From Candidatus Limnocylindrales bacterium (GTDB lineage Bacteria; Moduliflexota; Moduliflexia; Moduliflexales; JAUQPW01): a stretch of 20,000 nucleotides of DNA. The DNA lies in NCBI GenBank assembly GCA_035559535.1, contig DATMBG010000003.1, positions 49,156 to 69,155 on the forward strand, written 5' to 3'. The notes under the pieces were generated by a model. It searched no databases. It was not told where the DNA came from and was given only the letters and a program-made list of their open reading frames with translations. The position numbers were made by a program, and so were the translations under genes. Every line of letters starts with the position of its first letter. The stretch's first letter is position 1. Shown here in pieces: positions 1 to 8,498 of the stretch.

Positions 1-3000
1 AAGAATGGAAAAAGGGAAGAAAAAAGTGAAAGCCTACGTAACTCTGAACCTTCCCGTTCTTCTTTACAGGGTCATCTGGGTGCTGTGAGAACCGTCGCCT
101 TTAACCGAGAAGGTACCCTGCTGGCTTCAGGCGGAGAGGATAAACAGATTATCCTCTGGGATGCCCAAAATGGCGTGAAACAGCGGGTATTGGAGGGACA
201 TGGGGGTTCTGTCCTAAGGCTTGCTTTCAGCCCGGATGATGCTTTTCTGGCATCCGGTGGAGACGATCAGATGATCTTCCTGTGGGATCTTCAGACCGGA
301 GAGAAGGTAAAAACCTTATGGAACCAAAGCCAGGATGTTTTGACCCTTGTTTTTAGTCCCGATGGAAAAGTTTTAATATCAGCAGGCTCCGATGGAACCA
401 TTATATTTTGGGATATAGAACAGGGAGAGCCTATCCATACCCTGACAAGACCCGGCAACTGGATGAGTTCCCTGGCCTTGAGTCCAGATGGGGAACTTTT
501 GGCTATAGGGAATCTGGATAACTCGGTAACCCTCTGGAGTATTTCCGATAACCGGGAGGTGAGAACCCTCCGGGGGCCTACAGGTCCCATTTGGAGTCTG
601 GCTTTCAGTCCGGACGGATCCCGGTTAGCAGGCGCCGGTTCAGATTCCATCATCTTCCTCTGGACCGTGAACGAAGGCCAGCTCTTCAAAACCTTAAGAG
701 GTCATACCAGTTGGGTTAATTGCCTGAGTTTTAATCAGGATGGCTCTTTGTTAATATCCGGGAGTTTTGATGGAACTGCTCTGATATGGAGAATAGACAG
801 GCCGGAAACACTACAAAGCAAAGGACTGGAAGCTGGATTCGGTAAGCCGAAAGCCGAACGTGGTGAAACGAAAAAACAGAAACCCCTGACTTCCATCCAA
901 CGTTCTTCCGGTGAAAAAGTAGAGCTCCGGGATCGGTCCTCCGATTCAACCGAAGTCACCCCGGGCTTACAGAATCCGAAAACGGAACCGGAAGAGAAAA
1001 ACAAAGACAAAGTAACCCCATCCCCTAAAGATAAAGCAATTTCCCCTCCATCCCCCTCTAAAGTAGAGGAAGTGGATAAAGAAAAGTCCGATAAGGCGGA
1101 GAAAATCAAAGCAGACCCTGAAAGTATTTTTCAAAAATGGTATGAGCTTGGCCTTGCGCGGATGGCCCAAAGGAGATGGGAGAGTGCTATTGAGAATTTA
1201 AAGCGGGCTTTGGAAGTGAAACAGGTTGAAGAAGTCAAAGAAAAGCTTAAGGAAGCTATCCATCACCGATGGTATGATTTAGGGATGGAGCGGATGAAAC
1301 AAAAACGATGGGAGGATGCCATAGAAAATTTTAACCTTGCCTTAAGTACCCTGGATACCCCGGAGTCTAGAAAAGGACTTCAGGAAGCCAGTTATCATAA
1401 ATGGTACGAAGCCGGCCTTAGTCAGGCAGAACGAGGCTTATGGTCCCAGGCAGGAGCCAGCTTTACCCTGGCCTTGGGCTTTTTAGATACCGAAGAAGCC
1501 CGTACCCATTTGAGGGAGGTCCGATATGCCCAATGGTACCAGACAGGACTCGAGCAGGTTAGCCGGGAACAATGGGCACGAGCCAGGGAGAGTTTTAGGT
1601 TGGCCCTCCAGGAGAAGGATACCGAAGAAGCTCGACGCCAGCTTCAACAGGCCATTATAAATCAAAATTATCAGGAAGGACAGATCCGGCTTCAACAACA
1701 AAACTGGAGCCAGGCCATCGCCTACTTTACCCAGGCCCTATCTGAGTTGAAAAATTCCCAATTCCCAATTCCCGATTCTGCCCTTCAAGTCCAGAAGCTC
1801 CAGGTAAACCTCTATTATGCTCAGGGCTCTCTTGCCATGGATCAGCAGGATTGGACAGAAGCCAGGAAACTCTTTGAGAAAGCCCTGGAAGTAGATCCCC
1901 ATCATTCAGATGCCCGCAGGAAGCTGAACCAGATCGTTTCCTTCATAACCCGGCAGAAACAAGAACAGATTCAGCCGCTACTGCGTTTAGGGGAAGAAAA
2001 GCTAAAAGAATGGGACTGGGATGCTGCAAGAACTTACTTCTTAAAAGCCTGGGAGATAAATCCTGCCGACCTCGAGATCTCGCAAAAGCTCGAAGAGGTA
2101 GCAACAGGCCTTCGATATTGGGAAGAAGATCAGCAACGAGAACGTCAACTCCTACGTGCTCAACAGGAACACCAGATGCGCAGCCTTTTAGAAAAAGAAA
2201 TCCATCGAAAGAATCTGATCCGATATACCGTCATCGGCTTGGGAATCCTGGGAAGTCTTCTCCTTGTCCTTATCTTAAGAAAGAAGAAATCTTTCGATTC
2301 ACTTACCCAGAGTAAAATTCTGGAAGCGGCTTTTTATAAAACTTTGGGTCGATATGCTAAAGCGGCCGAGATTTATCAGAGGATGCTGGAAAAGGATCTT
2401 TCCACGGACTCCCAGCAGACGGATAAGCTTTGGATTTATCCCCTGTTGGCAGACCTTTATATCAAAATGGGAAGACAGGATGAGGAAGCCGCAAAGGTTT
2501 ATGATCGTGCTTTATCTTTAGGCTTTACCCATCCGGAAGCCATAATCCCGGTCTCTTACCGTTACCTGAGAAACTTCAAGATCAGCGAGCGGGCCCTCTG
2601 GGTTTTTGAAAACGCGCTGAAAATAGATCCTTATAATCGGACCCTGTTAAATGCCATCCTCCTTAAAGCCTGGGTCCTTCTCCCGGAAAATCCCGGCCAT
2701 TTCAGATTTTTGTCTCTTTTTCTAAAAGCCTGTGAGAAAACAAATACCCTGGCTATGGGGATTGACTTCCTCCGTGAAATCATCCCCATAGATCCTTCTT
2801 TTACAGATCTTTACTTGAAGTTAGCGGACCTGTTCTGGGCAAAGGGAAAACCTCTTCTTGCCAAGGAGTATCTGACCCTTGCTTATAAGTTCAACAAGAA
2901 CGCCCCATCGACTTCCAAGAAAGGGAATGTACCATCCCATACCTTGGGTGTTATCCTCGATAAACTGGAAGCTATCTATCGCCTTCTAACAACAGAAAAT

Positions 3001-3810
3001 GGTCAGGCTCCGGCTGCCCATTATCAATTGGGATTGTTATATATGAAACAGGGAAAGATCCGTAAAGCCATCCGGGAGTTCAGGAAGATTCACAAAATTC
3101 CCCAATGGAGAGAGCGATCTCGAAATAAGCTCATGGAATGCTGGAATACTTTAGGGGCAACCCGAATACTCCTTTCCTTAAGACCTTCGAACCTTAAGAT
3201 TCGCTTCTATACCTCGATGGGGGCCTGGGACAGGGTCATCCGGGTTTATGAGCGACTTCTGAGCAAGAATCCCAAGAAGGTATGGATTTTTCCCCGGTTA
3301 AGTGCCCTTTATCTTAAAACAGGTCGTTTTCATGCCAGGGCTTTCTGGGTCCATCATAAGGCCCTTTCCCTGGATCCAGAACTGCGAGACCCTGCCTTAC
3401 TTTTGGCTAACTATTACCTTCAGAGAAGAATGACCGGTCCAAGGACTATCTGGGTCTATGAAAGGGCACTGGAATTTCAACCTGATAATGTGGAACTTCT
3501 TAGTCTTTTGCTGGAAGCTTATTTAAAAGCCGATGAAGCAGAATATAGAATACGGGAGGATCATCTAAGCAAGGAGCAGGCAATGGTAACCATCAGTAAG
3601 CGCCTGTATCGCCTGGGCCATCGTAGTAAACGCGTTTATCAGATCTTAAGTCGAAGTTGTCTGAAACATCAACGTATAGATCGAGAAGCCATGCACATCT
3701 ATCAGAATGCCCTTCAATACGAACCTGATAATCAAAGGCTGAGGGACATGATAGACAGGGTTCGATCCTTGCAAGAAGAAACCCTGGCACTCTGGGAAAG
3801 TCATGGATAA
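1..3810 (+). CDS. WD40-repeat + TPR-repeat single-pass membrane protein, 5'-truncated by the window edge
   Basis: Frame is open from base 1 (KNGKREEKSES...LQGHLGAVRTVAF), so the ORF-track GTG at 85 lies inside a WD40 repeat. Six GH...WD-type repeats to ~800, a Lys/Glu/Pro-rich linker, TPR-like repeats, one hydrophobic helix YTVIGLGILGSLLLVLIL followed by RKKK (~2224-2290), then more TPR-like repeats to TAA 3810. Confidence 0.9.
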   Translation, partial: KNGKREEKSESLRNSEPSRSSLQGHLGAVRTVAFNREGTLLASGGEDKQIILWDAQNGVKQRVLEGHGGSVLRLAFSPDDAFLASGGDDQMIFLWDLQTGEKVKTLWNQSQDVLTLVFSPDGKVLISAGSDGTIIFWDIEQGEPIHTLTRPGNWMSSLALSPDGELLAIGNLDNSVTLWSISDNREVRTLRGPTGPIWSLAFSPDGSRLAGAGSDSIIFLWTVNEGQLFKTLRGHTSWVNCLSFNQDGSLLISGSFDGTALIWRIDRPETLQSKGLEAGFGKPKAERGETKKQKPLTSIQRSSGEKVELRDRSSDSTEVTPGLQNPKTEPEEKNKDKVTPSPKDKAISPPSPSKVEEVDKEKSDKAEKIKADPESIFQKWYELGLARMAQRRWESAIENLKRALEVKQVEEVKEKLKEAIHHRWYDLGMERMKQKRWEDAIENFNLALSTLDTPESRKGLQEASYHKWYEAGLSQAERGLWSQAGASFTLALGFLDTEEARTHLREVRYAQWYQTGLEQVSREQWARARESFRLALQEKDTEEARRQLQQAIINQNYQEGQIRLQQQNWSQAIAYFTQALSELKNSQFPIPDSALQVQKLQVNLYYAQGSLAMDQQDWTEARKLFEKALEVDPHHSDARRKLNQIVSFITRQKQEQIQPLLRLGEEKLKEWDWDAARTYFLKAWEINPADLEISQKLEEVATGLRYWEEDQQRERQLLRAQQEHQMRSLLEKEIHRKNLIRYTVIGLGILGSLLLVLILRKKKSFDSLTQSKILEAAFYKTLGRYAKAAEIYQRMLEKDLSTDSQQTDKLWIYPLLADLYIKMGRQDEEAAKVYDRALSLGFTHPEAIIPVSYRYLRNFKISERALWVFENALKIDPYNRTLLNAILLKAWVLLPENPGHFRFLSLFLKACEKTNTLAMGIDFLREIIPIDPSFTDLYLKLADLFWAKGKPLLAKEYLTLAYKFNKNAPSTSKKGNVPSHTLGVILDKLEAIYRLLTTENGQAPAAHYQLGLLYMKQGKIRKAIREFRKIHKIPQWRERSRNKLMECWNTLGATRILLSLRPSNLKIRFYTSMGAWDRVIRVYERLLSKNPKKVWIFPRLSALYLKTGRFHARAFWVHHKALSLDPELRDPALLLANYYLQRRMTGPRTIWVYERALEFQPDNVELLSLLLEAYLKADEAEYRIREDHLSKEQAMVTISKRLYRLGHRSKRVYQILSRSCLKHQRIDREAMHIYQNALQYEPDNQRLRDMIDRVRSLQEETLALWESHG

Positions 3811-3837
3811 ATTGTATGGCAGGGGCAGGTTTTTTCT

Positions 3838-3950
3838 AACCTAACCCCTTTCCCGAGTCGGGAAGGGGGAACTCGGGAATGGCCTGGATCCCCTCGTTCC
3901 CCGCCCCACCCCTTACTCCCAACCCCTTCTGAAACTTCAGGAGAAGGGAG
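3838..3950. repeat. Cluster of GC-rich palindromic (REP-like) hairpins
   Basis: CCCCTTTCCCGA-G-TCGGGAAGGGG (~3845-3869) and CCCCTTCT...AGAAGGG (~3923-3948), between convergent genes. Similar motifs occur at ~4089-4111, ~12637-12700 and ~12904-12935. Confidence 0.6.
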
Positions 3951-3955
3951 GCCTA

Positions 3956-4173
3956 GGCGCCAGGATAAGCTGAAAAGCCCCGTCAGGGGTGAACTGTGAG
4001 TAGCCCCGGACGCAAGTCGGGGGTTTCAGTCATTCAGAATTTTCTTCAAGCCCCCAGGGAAGCCCCCCTTTCCTCTATATTATATCCTCCCCTTTCCCCC
4101 CATGCGGGGGGAATTGAGGAGCGGCCTGTGAAACAGGTTGCCCCGCCGAGGCTAACCTTCTTATCCTGGCACG
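3956..4173. mobile_element. Candidate MITE with 14-bp terminal inverted repeats flanked by TA
   Basis: TA|GGCGCCAGGATAAG (3956-3969) ... CTTATCCTGGCACG|TA (4160-4173), 12/14 matching. A third copy of the end, TA|CGCCCCAGGATAAG, lies at 12601-12616. The interior has a GTAG-preceded hairpin at 4000-4023. Confidence 0.5.
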
Positions 4174-4221
4174 TATGGGAAAGGGGGTTGAGGCAGGCGA
4201 TGTTTCAAAGTAGAAGCGGTA

Positions 4222-5373
4222 TTATTTCGGGATAATGTGGACTGCTGTTGCTTTAAAGGTAGCCAGGATAGAGCGTCCTTCCTTTAAGTTTAGCGCTTCC
4301 ACGGACTGTTTGGTTACAAACGAGGTTAACGGAAATCCACAATCCAAAACTACTTTATAATATAGGCCCTGGGGTACTACCCTCAGGATACGCCCTTTTA
4401 TCCGGTTTCTGGCGCTGGAAGTGATTTTTTCTTGCCGAAGAAGGGTAGACTCTTTCTCCTCCCTATCTTCGGATCTCCAGGTTCCCGGGTCCCTTTCCAG
4501 GGTCTCCAGGGTAACCTGCTCAGGTCTCAAACAGACCAGAACATCTTCCCCGACCCGAAGGTTGCCGATAGTTTCAATGGTGTGGCCTTCTGAGATCTTC
4601 ACCAGAAAAGTTCCTTCCCTTCCTCCTATGACTTTGCCGGGTAGAACCGTCTCGATACCCACAAAAGCGGCTACTGTTTCATTGATGGGATGATTAAAAA
4701 CCTCATCGGTTCTACCCATCTGGAGGATTTTCCCACGGTCTATAATGGCAACCCGATCTGCCAATCTAAGGACTTCAGAGCGATCATGGGTCACCAGGAT
4801 CGTGGTTGTATGGGTTTCCCGGAGGATATGTTCAAGATCTTCGATAAGAGCTTCTCGGGAAGGAGAATCTAAAGCTGCAAAGGGTTCGTCCAGGAAGAGG
4901 ATTTGGGGATTTAGAACGAAGGCGCGTGCCAGGCTGGTTCGTTGTGCTTCACCTCCTGACAGGGTTCTGGCCGAGCGATTCGCCAAATGGGAAATACCCA
5001 AACGTTCCAGCCACATAAAAACCTTTTCGTAGATCTCATGCCGGGAGACTCTCCTTAGTTTCAAGCCGGAAGCAACATTCTCGAAGACGGTGGTATCAAA
5101 TAAAAGCGGCTCTTGAAAAACGACCGCCAGAGATCGCCGTAATGGGAGGAGATTCTTTTTATAATCAACCGGCAAACCTTTAAAGAAGACGGTTCCTTCA
5201 TGGGGGGATTGGAGGAAGGCCAGAACCTGAAGCAGGGTCGTTTTCCCGGCTCCATTAGGTCCGAGAAAAGCCAGGGTTTCTCCCATCTCTACCTGAAGTT
5301 TAGGAACATCCAGAATCGTTTGTTGATCTCCCAGAACTTGTAGATTTCTGACTTCTAGAATAACTTCTTTCAC
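4222..5373 (-). CDS. tupC: Tungstate/molybdate-type ABC transporter ATP-binding protein with two C-terminal TOBE domains
   Basis: Walker A GPNGAGKTT, signature LSGGEAQR, Walker B ILFLDEP, H-loop VTHD, TOBE motifs LRPEQV and SSARNRIKG...FKATAVH. Start GTG 5373 is preferred; TTG 5424 is the alternative. Confidence 0.88.
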   Translation of the reverse strand: MKEVILEVRNLQVLGDQQTILDVPKLQVEMGETLAFLGPNGAGKTTLLQVLAFLQSPHEGTVFFKGLPVDYKKNLLPLRRSLAVVFQEPLLFDTTVFENVASGLKLRRVSRHEIYEKVFMWLERLGISHLANRSARTLSGGEAQRTSLARAFVLNPQILFLDEPFAALDSPSREALIEDLEHILRETHTTTILVTHDRSEVLRLADRVAIIDRGKILQMGRTDEVFNHPINETVAAFVGIETVLPGKVIGGREGTFLVKISEGHTIETIGNLRVGEDVLVCLRPEQVTLETLERDPGTWRSEDREEKESTLLRQEKITSSARNRIKGRILRVVPQGLYYKVVLDCGFPLTSFVTKQSVEALNLKEGRSILATFKATAVHIIPK

Positions 5374-5390
5374 GGAGGAGTCCAGAGTCA

Positions 5391-5421
5391 GAAGCCCGAA
5401 GTTCTCCGAACTTCGGGCTTC
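5391..5421. repeat. Perfect 14-bp inverted repeat between tupB and tupC
   Basis: GAAGCCCGAAGTTC-TCC-GAACTTCGGGCTTC. Confidence 0.85.
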
Positions 5422-5435
5422 CAACGCTTAGGGGC

Positions 5436-6134
5436 TTATTTGGGTCTGTCTCGCTGTTGGAGGAATGTCAGGGTCAGGTTTACACTAAAGGTTAAGAGGA
5501 AAAGCAGAATACTCAAGGCAATAGCCATACCGAATTCGCCTTTACTGGTCTCCAATACCGTAGCCGTTGTCAGTACCCGGGTTTGTCCCTTGATATTTCC
5601 TCCTACCATCATCGAAGCGCCAACCTCTGAGATAACCCCTCCAAAACCGGCCATAACGGCTGCCAGTAGGGGGAGCCTGGCTTCCTTTAAGAGAAGCCAG
5701 ACCATCTGGCAACGGGAGGCCCCGAGGGCAAGGATTTGTAAACGTAGTTTGGGGTTAAGATGCTGGATGGCCGCTATGGTTAATCCGGCCATAATGGGGG
5801 TTGCAAGGATAGTCTGGGCTATCACCATTGCCGTAGGGGTATAGAGCAGGTGAAAGAATCCTAAGGGTCCATTTCGCCAAAGTAAAATTGTAACAAACAA
5901 TCCTACCACCACGGGGGGGAGACCCATACCGGTATTAATCAAGGTAATCCATAAGCGGCGACCGGGGAAGCGACTTAAAGCCAGAAAAGTACCTATAGAA
6001 ACTCCCAGAATCAAACTACCTATTGTTGCCAATCCAGAAACCCGAAGGGAAAGCCATGTAATCTCCCATACTTCTGGGTCCCGGTGTATTAAAAGCTCGA
6101 AGGCTTTCCGAATTCCCTCCCAAATTAAATCCAC
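5436..6134 (-). CDS. tupB: Tungstate ABC transporter permease
   Basis: TupB-like motifs LINTGMGLPPVVVGL and ISEVGASMMVGGNIKGQTRVLTTA, several TM helices. Start GTG 6134 (MDLIWEG); the ORF-track extension runs through repeat DNA. Confidence 0.9.
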   Translation of the reverse strand: MDLIWEGIRKAFELLIHRDPEVWEITWLSLRVSGLATIGSLILGVSIGTFLALSRFPGRRLWITLINTGMGLPPVVVGLFVTILLWRNGPLGFFHLLYTPTAMVIAQTILATPIMAGLTIAAIQHLNPKLRLQILALGASRCQMVWLLLKEARLPLLAAVMAGFGGVISEVGASMMVGGNIKGQTRVLTTATVLETSKGEFGMAIALSILLFLLTFSVNLTLTFLQQRDRPK

Positions 6135-6200
6135 ACGCCTACACCCCCATCCCTCCACACGCCCACCCCTCTATACCCCCACCCTTCCATACTCTACTCC
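6131..6200 (+). repeat. Degenerate 8-mer tandem repeat filling the intergenic spacer
   Basis: CCACACGC CTACACCC CCATCCCT CCACACGC CCACCCCT CTATACCC CCACCCTT CCATACTC. Confidence 0.75.
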
Positions 6201-7373
6201 CTAACGAACCTCCATGAAGCTAAAAAGCTCCTTACCCAGACGTCTTTCAACAGAATTAGACGGAACTTCCAGAGTTTTAATTTCAAAAAACGGGGAAAAC
6301 AAGGCGCGGATTTCTTCGGAATCGGTGGTATAAGGGGGGCCTCCCGGCTGCCCATGGGCATAAAAGAGGGCAATAAATCGTCCACCAGGTCGCAAAAGAT
6401 TTCTTACAATTTGAACATATTCTCCTCGCCGGGCCGGATCAATGGCACAAAAGCAGGTGTGCTCTAAGACATAGTCAAATTGGTGCGCATACTTTGGAAT
6501 TAAATCAAACAGATCCTGTTGAACCAGTTTGAGGGATACTCCGGCTTTTTTTGCTATTTGTGCAGCTCCCTGAATGGCCGACGGAGCAAAATCAAACCCA
6601 ACGACCTGAAAGCCTTTTTGAGCAAAAAAAATCGCATCATGTCCACGTCCGCAACCCAATACGGCCAGAGAGCCTGGGGGAGGCGCAGCAGAAGATTCTA
6701 AAAAAGATGCCAAGGGGGGAGCGACCTGTCCAAGATCCCAAAGAGCTTCATTTTGTTGATATAAATTCTCCCAGAAACTGACCGTATTAGCCCGGTGTTT
6801 CCAGAACCCATTCGCCCAGGTCGTCATCTGATCATAAAGGTAAGGAGATACTTCTTTAGCCAAAGGGAGGTACTTCTCGCACGTTTCACGATAATATCTC
6901 AGTTGCTGTTCCTGGGAAGGCGAAAGATGCAAATACCGAATATGGTCAAGTCGATCTGACAATTTAATGAGTTGGATTTCTCGAGGGGCTTGCCAGATCT
7001 TCTCCAGGTAGGCCCGGTCTCTCTCCTCATTGGAGGAATACCGGTTGATAGCTTCTTTGGTCAATATTTTCACCATGCCTGCAATGGGTTCTCCAAAAGC
7101 TTCCTCCAAAGCTGCGTAATCGACCTGGCAATCTTCTAAAACATCCTGGAGTAGAGCCGCACAGAGCACGTTGGAATCCGTTATTTTCAACTCATCGAAG
7201 AGAATACAGACTACTCGTAAGAGATGAACCCTGTAATCTATTCCTTCATCCCGGTGTTGTCCTCTATGATTTTCCTCGGCAAAATGATAAGCTTTTTCTA
7301 GGAGAGCCAGATTAACTTCTGGATTTTTGGACAGAATTCTTTCTTTAAATTCTTGAAAATGGTTTTGAGTCAT
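6201..7373 (-). CDS. Fusion: RelA/SpoT-type HD (Mesh1/SAH-like) domain + TPMT/thiol-halide family SAM-dependent methyltransferase
   Basis: N-half: KAYHFAEENHRGQHRDEG.DY..H, AALLQDVLED, FGEPIA.MV..LTK, LIKLSDRLD. C-half: FWENLY...WDLG..APPL, motif I VLGCGRGHDA, GFDFAPSAI, EHTCFCAIDP.RR..Y, GGPPY. Start ATG 7373 or TTG 7385. Confidence 0.88.
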   Translation of the reverse strand: MTQNHFQEFKERILSKNPEVNLALLEKAYHFAEENHRGQHRDEGIDYRVHLLRVVCILFDELKITDSNVLCAALLQDVLEDCQVDYAALEEAFGEPIAGMVKILTKEAINRYSSNEERDRAYLEKIWQAPREIQLIKLSDRLDHIRYLHLSPSQEQQLRYYRETCEKYLPLAKEVSPYLYDQMTTWANGFWKHRANTVSFWENLYQQNEALWDLGQVAPPLASFLESSAAPPPGSLAVLGCGRGHDAIFFAQKGFQVVGFDFAPSAIQGAAQIAKKAGVSLKLVQQDLFDLIPKYAHQFDYVLEHTCFCAIDPARRGEYVQIVRNLLRPGGRFIALFYAHGQPGGPPYTTDSEEIRALFSPFFEIKTLEVPSNSVERRLGKELFSFMEVR

Positions 7374-7390
7374 CCTATCGGTCAAAGGAA

Positions 7391-7627
7391 TCAGGCCCGC
7401 TCGAAATAATAATCCCGTCTCTTACAATTAGAACAACGATAGGGACTAATTCGTATAATTGGAAAGATATAGGTATCTATAAAATTTCGTGGCTTTGCTT
7501 TTATCAAGGTATCTGTTTTACAATATCGGCAGGTAATGGTCTTTCGTCCATTTTCATTCTTTTTCTCTGGGGTTACAGGGGAGATATCTACCTGGGAATC
7601 TGGTTTCTTAGACTTGGCAGTTTTCAT
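7391..7627 (-). CDS. Small protein with two CxxC pairs (putative zinc ribbon)
   Basis: Strong RBS AAAGGAGGT 5 nt before ATG; CRYC...PYRCSNC; ends 17 nt before the ATG of the HD-methyltransferase gene. Confidence 0.75.
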   Translation of the reverse strand: MKTAKSKKPDSQVDISPVTPEKKNENGRKTITCRYCKTDTLIKAKPRNFIDTYIFPIIRISPYRCSNCKRRDYYFERA

Positions 7628-7813
7628 TGTTTACCTCCTTTTCTTTCTATTAAAGTTGGCAAACAGGACTTTGAAGTAAAAAAATAGGGTAAGGAAAATC
7701 TATCCTCTTTTTTTATTTTAATCTCCCCAAAAGGGGCCTTGTCAATAAAAATATTTCTGTTAAAGCAAAAGAAGACCTGCTTTTCCCTTTTCGAGGGTTG
7801 GTCGCACCTTCGA

Positions 7814-8017
7814 TTATCGGTCCCTGTAGTTTTTGTCCCTGTCTTCCAGTATATGTTTTCGGTGATCATTGGGCCCGCCGTTGTTCGGTTTCAGGTATTT
7901 TAATTTTCGTATATTTTTTGTAATCGCTTCCCGCTTTTTCACTTCCTTCTTGAACTTCATGAGATCTCTTTCCAGGGCTTCGATTTCCCTCTTGATTTTA
8001 TCCAGAAAGTTCTCCAT
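7814..8017 (-). CDS. Small charged coiled-coil protein, hypothetical
   Basis: RBS AAGGAGG upstream of ATG; heptad-like FLDKIKREIEALERDLMKFKKEV; sigma54-type motif ~70 nt upstream. Confidence 0.6.
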   Translation of the reverse strand: MENFLDKIKREIEALERDLMKFKKEVKKREAITKNIRKLKYLKPNNGGPNDHRKHILEDRDKNYRDR

Positions 8018-8085
8018 ACCTTACCCTCCTTGAAGTCAGAGCTTTATCCATAGGTAATCCTTGAGAGTCCCTGATTCCTATAGGG

Positions 8086-8100
8086 GCAATAAGTATACCA
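8086..8100 (-). promoter_or_regulatory. Sigma54 -24/-12 promoter motif with an upstream IHF-like site
   Basis: Minus strand TGGTAT-ACTTA-TTGC (GG-N10-GC). TATTAAAGGGTTA at 8130-8142 is one mismatch from the IHF consensus WATCAANNNNTTR. Confidence 0.6.
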
Positions 8101-8498
8101 GTCGAGGGATGAAGCTATAAGTTCTTTAATATTAAAGGGTTATAGATATTCTGTAACGGATTTATTTAGAGAAGAGTATGGTCTTTTCTGGATAAAGTGG
8201 GATTTTCAGACCCTAGTCGATTAGAATCGCTTTATGATCGTCCAGGTGGATCAATTTAGGCAAGAAGTCCCTGTCTAATTACAAGATAAATGTAGAGTTC
8301 ACAAAAGTGACCAAATTCTTATTGACAAAACAAAAATCAGCACCCAATATAGAATTGCTGGTCAGACGTAGCCTCTATGGAAGATGTGGATTCTTGCAAG
8401 CCGGGCTTGTCCACTCCTATTCGAGTTGCTCGAACAGGGGTTGACAGATTCAAAAGCCTAATGCCTAACTAATTATCAACCAAAAAGGAGGTATGATT

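Noticed and set aside
3996-4235. 79-aa ORF, and the similar ORFs at 12726-12997
   Set aside because: They are translations of repeat or MITE DNA.
7624-7869. 81-aa ORF overlapping both small genes
   Set aside because: No RBS or recognisable motif, and it overlaps a better-supported ORF.
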